From positions 832,001 through 896,000 of the forward strand of contig CBDCTJ010000007.1 of the NCBI GenBank assembly GCA_965222115.1: a stretch of DNA of 64,000 nucleotides, given 5' to 3'. The notes beneath the pieces were generated by a model that was given only the letters and a program-made list of their open reading frames with translations, made no database searches and was not told the DNA's origin. The translations under genes and the position numbers were made by a program. The stretch is from Planctomycetota bacterium (lineage in GTDB: Bacteria > Planctomycetota > PLA2 > JAEUHO01). This document shows, one piece after another, positions 17,482 to 26,716 of this stretch (position 1 is its first letter; the number at the start of each line of letters is the position of its first letter).

Positions 17482-20202
17482 ATGAGTAACGATAGTTCAC
17501 CGCGCGCGACGCCGCCTCGTGGCCGTGTATCGCCTTGGGCGCTCGACGTAGGGCCCGATCCCGCATCGTGGGACGACTGGATGGAACTTGATAGCGCTGC
17601 GTGGCCGGAGAAGCGAGAGCGCCACTATCGCTGTGTGCCCACGATCTGTTTTAACTGCGAGTCCGGTTGCGGCTTGCTGGCGTTCGTTGATAAAGAGACT
17701 GACGCGATTCAGAAGTTCGAAGGCAATCCCGTGCACCCGGGTAGCCGTGGTCGCACCTGTGCCAAGGGTCCGGCCACCATTAACCAAGTGAATGACACCG
17801 AACGCATTCTCAGGCCGCTCAAGCGCGTAGGGAAACGCGGCGCGGGCACTTTCGAACCGGTGTCGTGGGACGAGGCGCTAGACGATATCGCGGGTCGCGT
17901 GCGGCGAGCCCTCGATGAAGATCGTCACGACGAGATCATGTATCACGTGGGGCGCCCGGGCGAGGATCACTTCATGCCGCGCCTCATCTCGGCATGGGGT
18001 ATCGATGGGTTCAACTCCCACACCAATGTGTGTAGCGCGTCGGCCCGCACGGGCTTTGCGCTTTGGTGTGGATCCGATCGCCCCTCGCCCGACTACGCCA
18101 ATGCAAAGTTCATTCTCCTAATCTCAGCTCACCTAGAAACGGGTCACTACTTCAATCCCCACGCGCAACGCATCGTTGAAGCCAAAGAGGCCGGCGCACG
18201 CATGGCGGTAGTGGATACGCGACTGAGCAACACCGCGAGTCGCGCCGATCATTGGGTATCGACCTGGCCGGGCAGCGAAGCCGCATTGTTGCTTGGCGTC
18301 GCCTATGAACTGATTCGTACGCGACGAATCGATCAGGCGTTTCTCAAGACCTGGACCAACTGGACGGCATGGATGGAAGCGCGCGCGCCCGAACATGACG
18401 TAACGTTCGACGCGTTCTTAACGTCCTTGGAAGAAACATACGCCTCCTACACGCCCGAGTTCGTTGCCCAGGAGTGTCGTGTTGATCCGTCGATCGTTTC
18501 GACGTTGGCCGATGAGATTCATCAGGCCGGGACGCGTTTTGCAAGTCATTTGTGGCGTAGTGCCGCCAGTGGCAATCTGGGTGGCTGGCAAATCGCTCGG
18601 GCGCTTACGTTGTTGCACGTACTGACAGGGAGTTTTGGTGTCGAGGGCGGGCTTAATCCCAATAGCTGGGACAAGTTTGTGCCCAAGCCCACGAACAATC
18701 CAACGCCCATTGATCGTTGGAATGAACTGATTTGGCCCAAAGAGTTTCCGCTGGCACACTATGAAATGAGTTTCCTCTTGCCGCACTTGCTGCGTGCGCA
18801 AGACAAGAAGCTCGATGTCTACTTCACGCGTGTCTACAACCCCGTGTGGACCAATCCCGACGGGTGCTCGTGGATTGACATGCTTGAGAATGAATCGCGC
18901 GTGGGCTGCCACGTGGCCCTCACACCGATTTGGAGTGAGAGCGCGCAGTGGGCCGATTATGTTTTGCCCATGGGGCTTGCCCCCGAGCGCCACGACGTCA
19001 TGAGTCAAGAAACCCATGCCGGCACGTGGATTGGCTTTCGTCAACCGGTGCTACGCGAACACGCGCGTTTGAATGGACGTGAAACGGATTCCACGCGCGA
19101 AACCAATCCCGGTGAGGTGTGGGAAGAAGCCGAGTTTTGGATTGCGCTCACGCACAAAATCGACCCCGATGGCTCGCGCGGCATGGCGAAGTACTTCGAG
19201 TCCCCGGATAAGCCCGGTTCACCGATGTCGATGGACGAGTACTTTGGTGACCTCTTTGGGAATGTGCCGGGCTTGAGCGAAGCTGCGTCCGCAGAGGGCA
19301 TGACGCCGCTTGAGTACATGCGTCGTCGCGGCGCGTTTGCTGTTCCGTATGCCGGTCAAGCGCGTTATGCGCAACCGGATGACCAGGGCAACCCTGCCGG
19401 GTTTCCAACGCCCTCCAAGAAGCTCGAGATCTACTCACCCACGCTCGCAGCATGGGGCCATGCGGACGAAGCCGTGCCGGGCTACATTCGATCCCATGTG
19501 CATTGGCGGCACCTCAATCAGGCCAAGGGCGAGCGCGTGCTGCTTCCCACGTTTCGTCTGCCGACGTTGATTCACACACGCTCGGGCAACGCCAAATGGC
19601 TACAAGAGATCTCGCATACCAACCCGTTATGGGTCCACCCGAAAGACGCAGAGGCGCTGGGCCTCACCAACGGCGGACTCGTGCGCGTTTCAACCGACAT
19701 TGGCTACTTCATTCCACGCGTGTGGGTCACGGAAGGTATTCATCCGGGCATTGTGGCGTGTTCGCATCACGTGGGTCGCTGGCGTTTGCATCCTTCGATT
19801 GGTGGGCAACAAGCCGCATCGTCACTCGTAGACATGACGCGTACAGGCGACACGTACTTGCTTCGCCAGAAGCGTGGCGCGAAAGGCCCCAAGGGAGATC
19901 GCGATGCCGACCATGTCTGGTGGCACGAAGTGGGCGTCAATCAAAATCTCACGTTTCCCGTTCAACCCGATCCGGTCAGTGGTATGCACTGTTGGCATCA
20001 GCGCGTCACGGTCACGCCGCCGCAAGGGGACGATCGCTACGGCGACATCTCGGTTGATCTTGCCAAGTCGCGCGCCATCTACGACGCATGGATAGGAAAG
20101 ACCGTTCCGGCACCGGGCCCGGGTGGACTTCGCCGCCCGCTCTGGCTCAAGCGCACGCTGCACCCTCAAGCCTCGGCGTATCAAATGAACTCCCCGATGT
20201 AG
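17482..20202 (+). CDS. Molybdopterin (DMSO reductase superfamily) oxidoreductase catalytic subunit
   Basis: CFNCESGC..C Fe-S motif, SHTNVCS, ADYVLP, HTRSGN and a C-terminal molybdopterin dinucleotide domain; no twin-arginine signal seen. Confidence 0.92.
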   Translation: MSNDSSPRATPPRGRVSPWALDVGPDPASWDDWMELDSAAWPEKRERHYRCVPTICFNCESGCGLLAFVDKETDAIQKFEGNPVHPGSRGRTCAKGPATINQVNDTERILRPLKRVGKRGAGTFEPVSWDEALDDIAGRVRRALDEDRHDEIMYHVGRPGEDHFMPRLISAWGIDGFNSHTNVCSASARTGFALWCGSDRPSPDYANAKFILLISAHLETGHYFNPHAQRIVEAKEAGARMAVVDTRLSNTASRADHWVSTWPGSEAALLLGVAYELIRTRRIDQAFLKTWTNWTAWMEARAPEHDVTFDAFLTSLEETYASYTPEFVAQECRVDPSIVSTLADEIHQAGTRFASHLWRSAASGNLGGWQIARALTLLHVLTGSFGVEGGLNPNSWDKFVPKPTNNPTPIDRWNELIWPKEFPLAHYEMSFLLPHLLRAQDKKLDVYFTRVYNPVWTNPDGCSWIDMLENESRVGCHVALTPIWSESAQWADYVLPMGLAPERHDVMSQETHAGTWIGFRQPVLREHARLNGRETDSTRETNPGEVWEEAEFWIALTHKIDPDGSRGMAKYFESPDKPGSPMSMDEYFGDLFGNVPGLSEAASAEGMTPLEYMRRRGAFAVPYAGQARYAQPDDQGNPAGFPTPSKKLEIYSPTLAAWGHADEAVPGYIRSHVHWRHLNQAKGERVLLPTFRLPTLIHTRSGNAKWLQEISHTNPLWVHPKDAEALGLTNGGLVRVSTDIGYFIPRVWVTEGIHPGIVACSHHVGRWRLHPSIGGQQAASSLVDMTRTGDTYLLRQKRGAKGPKGDRDADHVWWHEVGVNQNLTFPVQPDPVSGMHCWHQRVTVTPPQGDDRYGDISVDLAKSRAIYDAWIGKTVPAPGPGGLRRPLWLKRTLHPQASAYQMNSPM

Positions 20203-20214
20203 CGCGCGATCGAT

Positions 20215-21018
20215 CTACGTGGGCCGAAACACCAGCCAGCCCAGTGTGGCGAGGGCCGCCAGTAGACAGTAGGGGGCAAACCAGTGCAGGCGATCGCGCG
20301 TGACGACGCGGCGAAGCACAACAAGCGCAATGATGCTCACTGCAAAGCAAACGGCGAAGGCCGCGGCGAGCGTGGTCCACGTCGCGACCGTACCCAGCGC
20401 GCTCGCGTTTTTGAGTTCGAGGAGCTGTGCGCCGGCGATGAGGGGCAGCGCTGCAAGAAAACTGAACTTGAAACTCTCTTCACGTTGAAGGCCGAGTAGC
20501 AACGCCGTAGCGATTGTACTGCCTGAACGGCTCACGCCGGGTACCACCGCTAGTGCTTGGGCAAGACCAATGAGCACCAGCGCGCGTACCGGCAGCGGAC
20601 CCGGGTCGGTGATCGACCAGCGGCGCTCACGAGTTTGTTTGGACGCCAACAAAAAGACCGTTGTGAGCAGCCAGCCCACCGCAACAACCCACAGTGAGTC
20701 GAATAGAAGTTCCGCTCGCCCACTTACCTTTAGCGCGATGCCTAGGATTCCTGCCGGAAGGCACGCAATCAATACGGCCAACGCCCAGCGCCAACGCTTG
20801 GGGGAACGCACAATGGCAACAATGTCCTTCCATAGCACGACCACCACCGCCAGGAGGGAGGCGCTATGAAGCAAAACGAAGAACGCCTCGCGCGTTTGGG
20901 GGCTTGTATTGCTACCAAAGAGCTCGGTAAGCGCCATGAGGTGACCGGAAGAGCTGACGGGCAAGAACTCGGTCAATGCCTGCAGTATCGCTAGGGCAAG
21001 AATGACAAGAAACGCCAT
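20215..21018 (-). CDS. uppP: Undecaprenyl-diphosphate phosphatase
   Basis: LTEFLPVSSSGH and PGVSRSGSTI motifs. Confidence 0.95.
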   Translation of the reverse strand: MAFLVILALAILQALTEFLPVSSSGHLMALTELFGSNTSPQTREAFFVLLHSASLLAVVVVLWKDIVAIVRSPKRWRWALAVLIACLPAGILGIALKVSGRAELLFDSLWVVAVGWLLTTVFLLASKQTRERRWSITDPGPLPVRALVLIGLAQALAVVPGVSRSGSTIATALLLGLQREESFKFSFLAALPLIAGAQLLELKNASALGTVATWTTLAAAFAVCFAVSIIALVVLRRVVTRDRLHWFAPYCLLAALATLGWLVFRPT

Positions 21019-21023
21019 ACCGG

Positions 21024-21932
21024 CTAGACCGAGTCCTGGTGTGGTGCCAGGCGACTAAGCACGTCGTCGATGGCGGTCGCGAGTTGTGTGCGGCCAGCTT
21101 CCTGCCAGTGAGTTTTGACCCGGTGCACGTGATCGTTGAGTTTGGTCTTGACGGCCGCAACAACGTTGGGATTCGCGTTGTCGGTAAAGCGAGATTGAAG
21201 CACGGCCATGTCGTTCATAGCGCCAAGGTCATCCTGCAACTGCTTGAGGCGCGACACCGCGTTCTCGACCTCAGGGATGTCTCGGCGGAGCGGTTCCAGG
21301 GCGTAGCGCAAGTTCTTGCCGCGAATGCGGGTCTTGTGCCACGCTCTTGAGCCTCCGCCTTTGCGAATCCGCGTCGAGAGCGTGTTCCACGCTTTACGAA
21401 TGCGCGGTGCCAATGCGTCCGCAAATGAACGGTTGGCATCGTCATGCGGTTCGGCTGAATCTGCGCCCGCTTGTGCCCACGTCTCGATGGTTCCGAGCGT
21501 GTTCGCTAACGCCGCCATGATCGACGTCGCGTCTCGCTGCGGATTGCGCGATGCCAATGGCGCCATCAGCGACGGATTGCGCGACGCCTCCTCCAGTGCC
21601 GTCCCGCGGAAGAGTTCCTCAAGCAGCAGGTTTCCAACATCCTGGTCGCGTAAGCGACTCGTTTCGCGATGCAGCGATTTGAGGGCCTTTGCGGCGTCGC
21701 TACGGTGCCACACCGTGGTGCGCAGCACCTTGCGCCACACCTTGGTGGTCGCGCGCATTCGTCGTACCGCTACGCGAAAATCGTGAATGCCCTCTACGAA
21801 ATCGCTATGGGCCAGGTCTAGCCCTTCCCGGGCTCGTTTGCATTGGTGCCGCAGAATGACGAACACACCGTCTCGCGCGCGTTGCACGAGTAGCCCACGA
21901 TACGGTTGAACGGGCTCGGGGGACGTCGCCAC
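21024..21932 (-). CDS. CHAD domain protein
   Basis: IHDFRVAVRRMR, WHKTRIRGKNLRYALE, LQDDLGAMND. Confidence 0.9.
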   Translation of the reverse strand: MATSPEPVQPYRGLLVQRARDGVFVILRHQCKRAREGLDLAHSDFVEGIHDFRVAVRRMRATTKVWRKVLRTTVWHRSDAAKALKSLHRETSRLRDQDVGNLLLEELFRGTALEEASRNPSLMAPLASRNPQRDATSIMAALANTLGTIETWAQAGADSAEPHDDANRSFADALAPRIRKAWNTLSTRIRKGGGSRAWHKTRIRGKNLRYALEPLRRDIPEVENAVSRLKQLQDDLGAMNDMAVLQSRFTDNANPNVVAAVKTKLNDHVHRVKTHWQEAGRTQLATAIDDVLSRLAPHQDSV

Positions 21933-21938
21933 GCGTGG

Positions 21939-22280
21939 TTATTCCCAGGACTCACCGTAGTTGTGAGTGATTTCGTCACCCTTTTTGATCGCGCGCACCG
22001 ACCAAAGCTCCAGACCAAAGAATCCTGCATTGGGCTTCTTGGCATGATTAACAAAGCGGCAAGCGTTTGTGATGCGGATGCCCGATTCGTTTCCGCGATC
22101 GTCATCGGACCAAATGACGTAACTTCCGTCGCGCTTTGTGGGAACGCCTTCGATCGACTCAATCAAGGTGTTCTTTGGAATGTCCCGAGCGGCGAAGAGG
22201 CCTCGTCCATGAATGGGGCTCTTCGCGACGAAGTAGGCGGGACCCTTGCGCTTGGAACTCGCTCGTTTCTTGGCTGCCAT
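21939..22280 (-). CDS. SET domain protein-lysine methyltransferase
   Basis: SPIHGRGLFA, RFVNHAKKPN, EITHNY motifs. Confidence 0.88.
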   Translation of the reverse strand: MAAKKRASSKRKGPAYFVAKSPIHGRGLFAARDIPKNTLIESIEGVPTKRDGSYVIWSDDDRGNESGIRITNACRFVNHAKKPNAGFFGLELWSVRAIKKGDEITHNYGESWE

Positions 22281-22354
22281 ACAGGATCCGAGGATAAGGG
22301 GCCGACGCGCGTAAAGAATGTTCTGGCAAGTCGATGACGCATGCATCGGAAAAA

Positions 22355-22430
22355 TGGAGCGGCTGATCGGATTCGAACCGACGACAACGACCTTGGCAAG
22401 GTCGTGCTCTACCAGCTGAGCTACAGCCGC
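22355..22430 (-). tRNA. tRNA-Gly (GCC)
   Basis: GCGGCTG..CAGCCGC acceptor stem, anticodon loop TTGCCAA, T-loop TTCGAAT, U73 discriminator and CCA; 76 nt. Confidence 0.98.
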
Positions 22431-22442
22431 TCGTGGGAGTGG

Positions 22443-22470
22443 AGAGTACGGAGAGAGGCGCCTTCGTCAA
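22443..22470 (-). promoter_or_regulatory. Sigma70-like promoter of tRNA-Gly
   Basis: TTGACG-N16-TACTCT on the minus strand, 12 nt upstream of the tRNA. Confidence 0.6.
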
Positions 22471-22551
22471 GACCGCGCGCCTACCGAAATTGTAGGTTTC
22501 GGCCCGCAGCCCCCGCGTGGAAATCCAGCGGCCCGCATAGGATGGCGGCCC

Positions 22552-22923
22552 ATGGGATCCGCCGCCCTCTACTACGTCTATGCCACCGTCATGATCGCTG
22601 CGCTCTACTGTTTTGTGCGTGCGTGGCAAACGCGCTTTGTAACGCCAATCCACAAGCGGTTCGCGCTCTGGGGCGTGGGGCTCAACATTGGCGGCGTCTT
22701 GGCCGTGATTGTCGCGCATCGGATGTGGGGTTGGGTGGTTGAGCACCGAATTGAGGACGTCGTCACCTGGCACCGACGTTTGGCCTACGTTTCGTCGGCC
22801 CTCATTATTCTAATCGCAATCACCGGCGCGCTGCGCATGTCCATCCATAAGCGGCTCTACATCATATTCTTCCCGCTCTACATCATCGTGCTCATTACGG
22901 CCCTGGTTGGGTACAAACCCTGA
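22552..22923 (+). CDS. Small membrane protein (4 TM, His-containing; DUF420-like)
   Basis: Four hydrophobic helices with IHKR motifs twice. Confidence 0.65.
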   Translation: MGSAALYYVYATVMIAALYCFVRAWQTRFVTPIHKRFALWGVGLNIGGVLAVIVAHRMWGWVVEHRIEDVVTWHRRLAYVSSALIILIAITGALRMSIHKRLYIIFFPLYIIVLITALVGYKP

Positions 22924-23247
22924 CCAGACGGGGGCGCGCTTAGGACCGACCGCCCGTAAGAAACGCCTGTAGGCATCGACCTATCTATCTGTTGATTGGG
23001 ACGGCGCAGACCTGTGCCGTTCGTGCCAATGGCAGATCCTGGCGCTCGATCATCGACTCGGGTCCCGCGTCGCCGAAATCCTCGTGCGAGGGTACGGCGT
23101 TGATGCCAAAGCTCCCGACACCGGAGCGCGCGGTGAAAAAAAATCGGCGTTGGGTGCGATGGCGTGAAGCGAATGGGTACATGGCTCGTGAGTCGCACGC
23201 GACTCAACACCTTCAACTCAAACAACCCGAAGATTCAGGAGTCCATC

Positions 23248-23706
23248 ATGAAGTCCATCGCACTTAAGTCTCTCGCATTGCTACTCGGCGTCGCGGCGCT
23301 TATGCCCGTAGCAGACGCACACGCGAACAGCTCGACACAGATTGCACGTCGCGAAGCGCAACGCGCGCACGCACAGGCTGCCACCGCCACAGCCACCGCC
23401 ACGGCACTAGTGGCCCAAAACAGTTCGCGGTTGGCCGCTTTCAATGCCGGTATGGCATCGTCCCGTCAGAGTACGCGTGCAGCCGCTCGTCGAACCTACT
23501 TGTACTTCCTTCGCAATATGAAGCGCAAGCACCAGGACGCCGAGCGCGCCCACTACTTTGCCATTCGAGCGTATCAGAACTACATCCGAGTAAGTCGTAA
23601 CACTGCCGCTCAGGTGCACGTCAATACACTCAGCGCTGCACGAGCTCGTCTTGGCGCTACGATCAATCAGATTCAAACCACCATCAACAATCTTCCCATG
23701 CCATAG
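23248..23706 (+). CDS. Secreted helical hypothetical protein
   Basis: AGGAG RBS; signal peptide ending AHA. Confidence 0.7.
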   Translation: MKSIALKSLALLLGVAALMPVADAHANSSTQIARREAQRAHAQAATATATATALVAQNSSRLAAFNAGMASSRQSTRAAARRTYLYFLRNMKRKHQDAERAHYFAIRAYQNYIRVSRNTAAQVHVNTLSAARARLGATINQIQTTINNLPMP

Positions 23707-23800
23707 CCTGGCGAAGTTCAATGTCGGAACCCCCATACGTCCGAGCGATATCGTTGTTGCTCGGGCGTCTCTCATTTTTGTTCGATGGCGTACGGTGTTA

Positions 23801-24691
23801 TCAGCCCCCTGCCAGCGCACTCATGAGGGCCACGACTTCCCCATGCACCACATCCGCCCGCATGTCCTCGACGAACCCCAGATCCCCTCGAAGCAGGCGC
23901 CAGTGCTTTGTGAGTGTGCCGTCCTCTTCCAGCACGTCGCCTACAAGCGCGGGATGCATCGACGCAAGTTGGGCGAGGCCGCTTTGTAGTGTTTGCGCTT
24001 CTATGTCTATGCGGTCCACGCCCGCTCGTTGCCGGGCCAGCTCGAAGAGCTCTATCACCAATCGAGGACGTCGCGCGTTCTTGTATCGAGTGCGAGCACG
24101 ATTGTAGTCGTCGGCCCGATTGATGTTGATGAGCGAGTCAAGGGACGAGTCGTACGTTCGAAGCGCCATTTCGTCGATCGTGTGATGGCGTAGGACGGTT
24201 CGAACGCGTCGCGGGCGGCGCTCGCCACGTTTGAGAAGACCTTCGATGGTCTCAACCGTGCGCGTGCGGTAGGCTGCGGACAGCGGCTGAGCCATGCCAC
24301 CAACCTCGGGCATAGCAACCTCGGCATCGCCCAGGGCGTCAACCACGCATCGCACGAACGACTCCTGCAAGAACGGGACATCACATGACGTCACATAAGC
24401 GACGTCGTGTTTGACAGCTCGCAGCCCAGCCAGCATGCCCGCCAAGGGTCCCAAGTCGGGTTCATGGTCGTAGGCCATGCGTGCGCGCGGCGGCAACGGA
24501 AATGCATCGCGATCCGGATGGTCCACAACGACGACGTCGCGCGCAACATTGCCCACAATGCGAACAACGCGTGCCAAGAGCGTTTCTTCGCCGAGGGTCA
24601 ATGCGGCCTTGTGCGCGCCCATGCGTGTGCTGCCACCGCCACAAAGAACGATGGCGCTCGTGGCGGGTGGGGAATAGGTCTTGCGCTTCAT
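23801..24691 (-). CDS. mobA: Molybdenum cofactor guanylyltransferase fused to MoaD/ThiS-like domain
   Basis: IVLCGGGSTRMG..K, GPLAG, SCDVP, NINRADD; about 90-aa ubiquitin-like C-terminal domain ending LAGG. Confidence 0.85.
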   Translation of the reverse strand: MKRKTYSPPATSAIVLCGGGSTRMGAHKAALTLGEETLLARVVRIVGNVARDVVVVDHPDRDAFPLPPRARMAYDHEPDLGPLAGMLAGLRAVKHDVAYVTSCDVPFLQESFVRCVVDALGDAEVAMPEVGGMAQPLSAAYRTRTVETIEGLLKRGERRPRRVRTVLRHHTIDEMALRTYDSSLDSLININRADDYNRARTRYKNARRPRLVIELFELARQRAGVDRIDIEAQTLQSGLAQLASMHPALVGDVLEEDGTLTKHWRLLRGDLGFVEDMRADVVHGEVVALMSALAGG

Positions 24692-26616
24692 TGTGGCTCG
24701 CAGGCAAGTGCGCGCAACGAAGCCACCACCTGTTCGTCACCGAGCGCGCGACGAAAGGCGCGTACACCGCGTGTATCCCACGCCGATAAAAGCACGGCAA
24801 AGTCCAACTGTTCGCTGCGCCAGGCAATTGACTTGAGTCCCTGTGCTTCTGCTGCAGAAACCAGACACACGCCAAAGTCCGCGCGACCCGACGCGACGGC
24901 GCCCGCTACGGCAGTGTGCGAACGATAGGCGCTCTCCCATCCCGGGACGGCAGTTTGATCGACTTCTCGGTTTGATAAGAACTCATCAATTAGTGCACGC
25001 GTGCCGCTCCCCGGATTGCGGTTGGCAAAGCGCAGGCCGCCGGTCGCGAATGCACGTGCGAGGTCGTCGTCAGTATCGCTACATTCAAAGTGATCCTTGT
25101 GTTCTGCGCGATACGCAATCACCTGAGCGCGGTTGTACCCTCGAAGCAGCCGCGTTCCGTTTGGCAAGAACGGCACATTCCACTCGTTCTTGTCGGGATC
25201 AAGTAGGTGAATGGGCGCAAGATCGCATCCACCGTCTGCGATCATTGCTAGGCCGCCGCGGGAGCCCAACGTCATGGTCTTTATAGTCAGCGGTGAATCT
25301 TGCGAGCGCAAGTGTTTGCAGATCGACTCGACACCTAAGCAGTGACTACCCGCGATGGTCAAGTCAGGAGCCGCGGCAGTCATTCCGGTCAATGTGACGC
25401 GCACACGTGTGCCTGCTTCCAAGTACTCTTGTGCCAAAGGAATTTCGACGAAGCCTTCCGCACGCGCAAACGCCGTTACGGCTCCCGACCCTTTGGCGAG
25501 CGGAACCGCGAGCATGTCGTCGCCGCGCGAAAGCAATGTGACGAGTTGACAGTGGGCGCGGCCAACCACTGATTGCAGATGCGAGGTCAGTGTGGCCATG
25601 ACCGTGTGGGCGCGCGCCTGATGACTGCCCATACACCATGTGAGCACCGGTGCCACGATCGTGTGAAACGTGAAGATGGCGGACGTCGGGAAGCCCGGCA
25701 AGATCGCGACTGGTTTGCCTTCCACGGTTGCCAAACAGAGTGGTTTGCCAGGCTTTAGGGCCACGCCATGTGCCGCAATGGATCCAAGTTCCTCAACCAT
25801 GCGATAGGTCAGGTCGCCTTCGCCCTTGGATGTGCCACCGCTGAGTAGCACCGCGTCAAAGCGAGCCGTCGCGTCGTGAAGTGCAGTGCGAAGCGCGGCT
25901 TCGTCGTCGCCAACAACGCCAAGGTAGTGCCCGTATGCGCCCATCTCGCGTAGCGCGTCGGCAAGCAATACGCCGTTCACATCGTGCACCTGCCCAAGCG
26001 CAAGTGGTTGCCCTGGTGGAACGATTTCGTCACCGGTTGAAAGCACAGCTACGCGAAATCGTGCGCGGCACGCGACCTTGTCAATGCCACACGCAGCGAG
26101 CATGCCGGTTTCGCGTGCGCTCAAACGGTTCCCCGCCGCCACGATCAGCTCGCCTTGCGTCAAGTCGCCCCCGGCGAGCCCAATGTGGTTCCCCGGAACG
26201 GCGGCCCGTGTGATGACAACATGACTCTCCTCGATGTGCGTGTCTTCGACCATCACAACGGCGTTGGCGCCTCGCGGTATGGCCCCGCCGGTTGCGATGG
26301 CCATGGCGGTGGCGGGCGAAAGTGAAGCATCGGGGGCAATGCCCGCCGGAATCGACACGGGCGAAAGAGGCAGCCGGACGGGTGTTCCTTCTTCGGCGCC
26401 AAACGTAGATTGCGCATCTACGGCGAAACCATCCACGCGTGATCGATCGAACACAGGAACGTTGTTGGGAGCAACGACATCGGCGGCAGCGATCCGACCC
26501 CACGCGTCCTCGAGTGAAACAACCTCCGCCGGGCGTAGAGGGTGCCGCACCGCACGCTTCCACGCGTTGATTGCGTCATCGGGTCTCAAAACATGAAGGA
26601 ACTGCTGTTGATGCAC
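24688..26616 (-). CDS. moeA: Molybdopterin molybdotransferase MoeA with C-terminal periplasmic-binding (PBP) domain
   Basis: FDRSRVDGFAV, STGDEI, SGGTSKG, KPGKP, LPGFPTS; then GSHCLG, NRNPGSGTR PBP domain. Confidence 0.92.
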   Translation of the reverse strand: MHQQQFLHVLRPDDAINAWKRAVRHPLRPAEVVSLEDAWGRIAAADVVAPNNVPVFDRSRVDGFAVDAQSTFGAEEGTPVRLPLSPVSIPAGIAPDASLSPATAMAIATGGAIPRGANAVVMVEDTHIEESHVVITRAAVPGNHIGLAGGDLTQGELIVAAGNRLSARETGMLAACGIDKVACRARFRVAVLSTGDEIVPPGQPLALGQVHDVNGVLLADALREMGAYGHYLGVVGDDEAALRTALHDATARFDAVLLSGGTSKGEGDLTYRMVEELGSIAAHGVALKPGKPLCLATVEGKPVAILPGFPTSAIFTFHTIVAPVLTWCMGSHQARAHTVMATLTSHLQSVVGRAHCQLVTLLSRGDDMLAVPLAKGSGAVTAFARAEGFVEIPLAQEYLEAGTRVRVTLTGMTAAAPDLTIAGSHCLGVESICKHLRSQDSPLTIKTMTLGSRGGLAMIADGGCDLAPIHLLDPDKNEWNVPFLPNGTRLLRGYNRAQVIAYRAEHKDHFECSDTDDDLARAFATGGLRFANRNPGSGTRALIDEFLSNREVDQTAVPGWESAYRSHTAVAGAVASGRADFGVCLVSAAEAQGLKSIAWRSEQLDFAVLLSAWDTRGVRAFRRALGDEQVVASLRALACEPQ

Positions 26617-26716
26617 GAAACGACCGCCGCCGAGGAAAGCAATGCGTACTGTCCTTCGAGCCTGGAGGACGCGCAAGCGCCGATACCATAGGCGTCAATT
26701 CCGGTTGGAGTTCCCC

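Noticed and set aside
1035-22354. Genomic island between the two tRNA-Gly ends
   Set aside because: The repeats are inverted rather than direct, there is no integrase, and the content is ordinary chromosomal genes.
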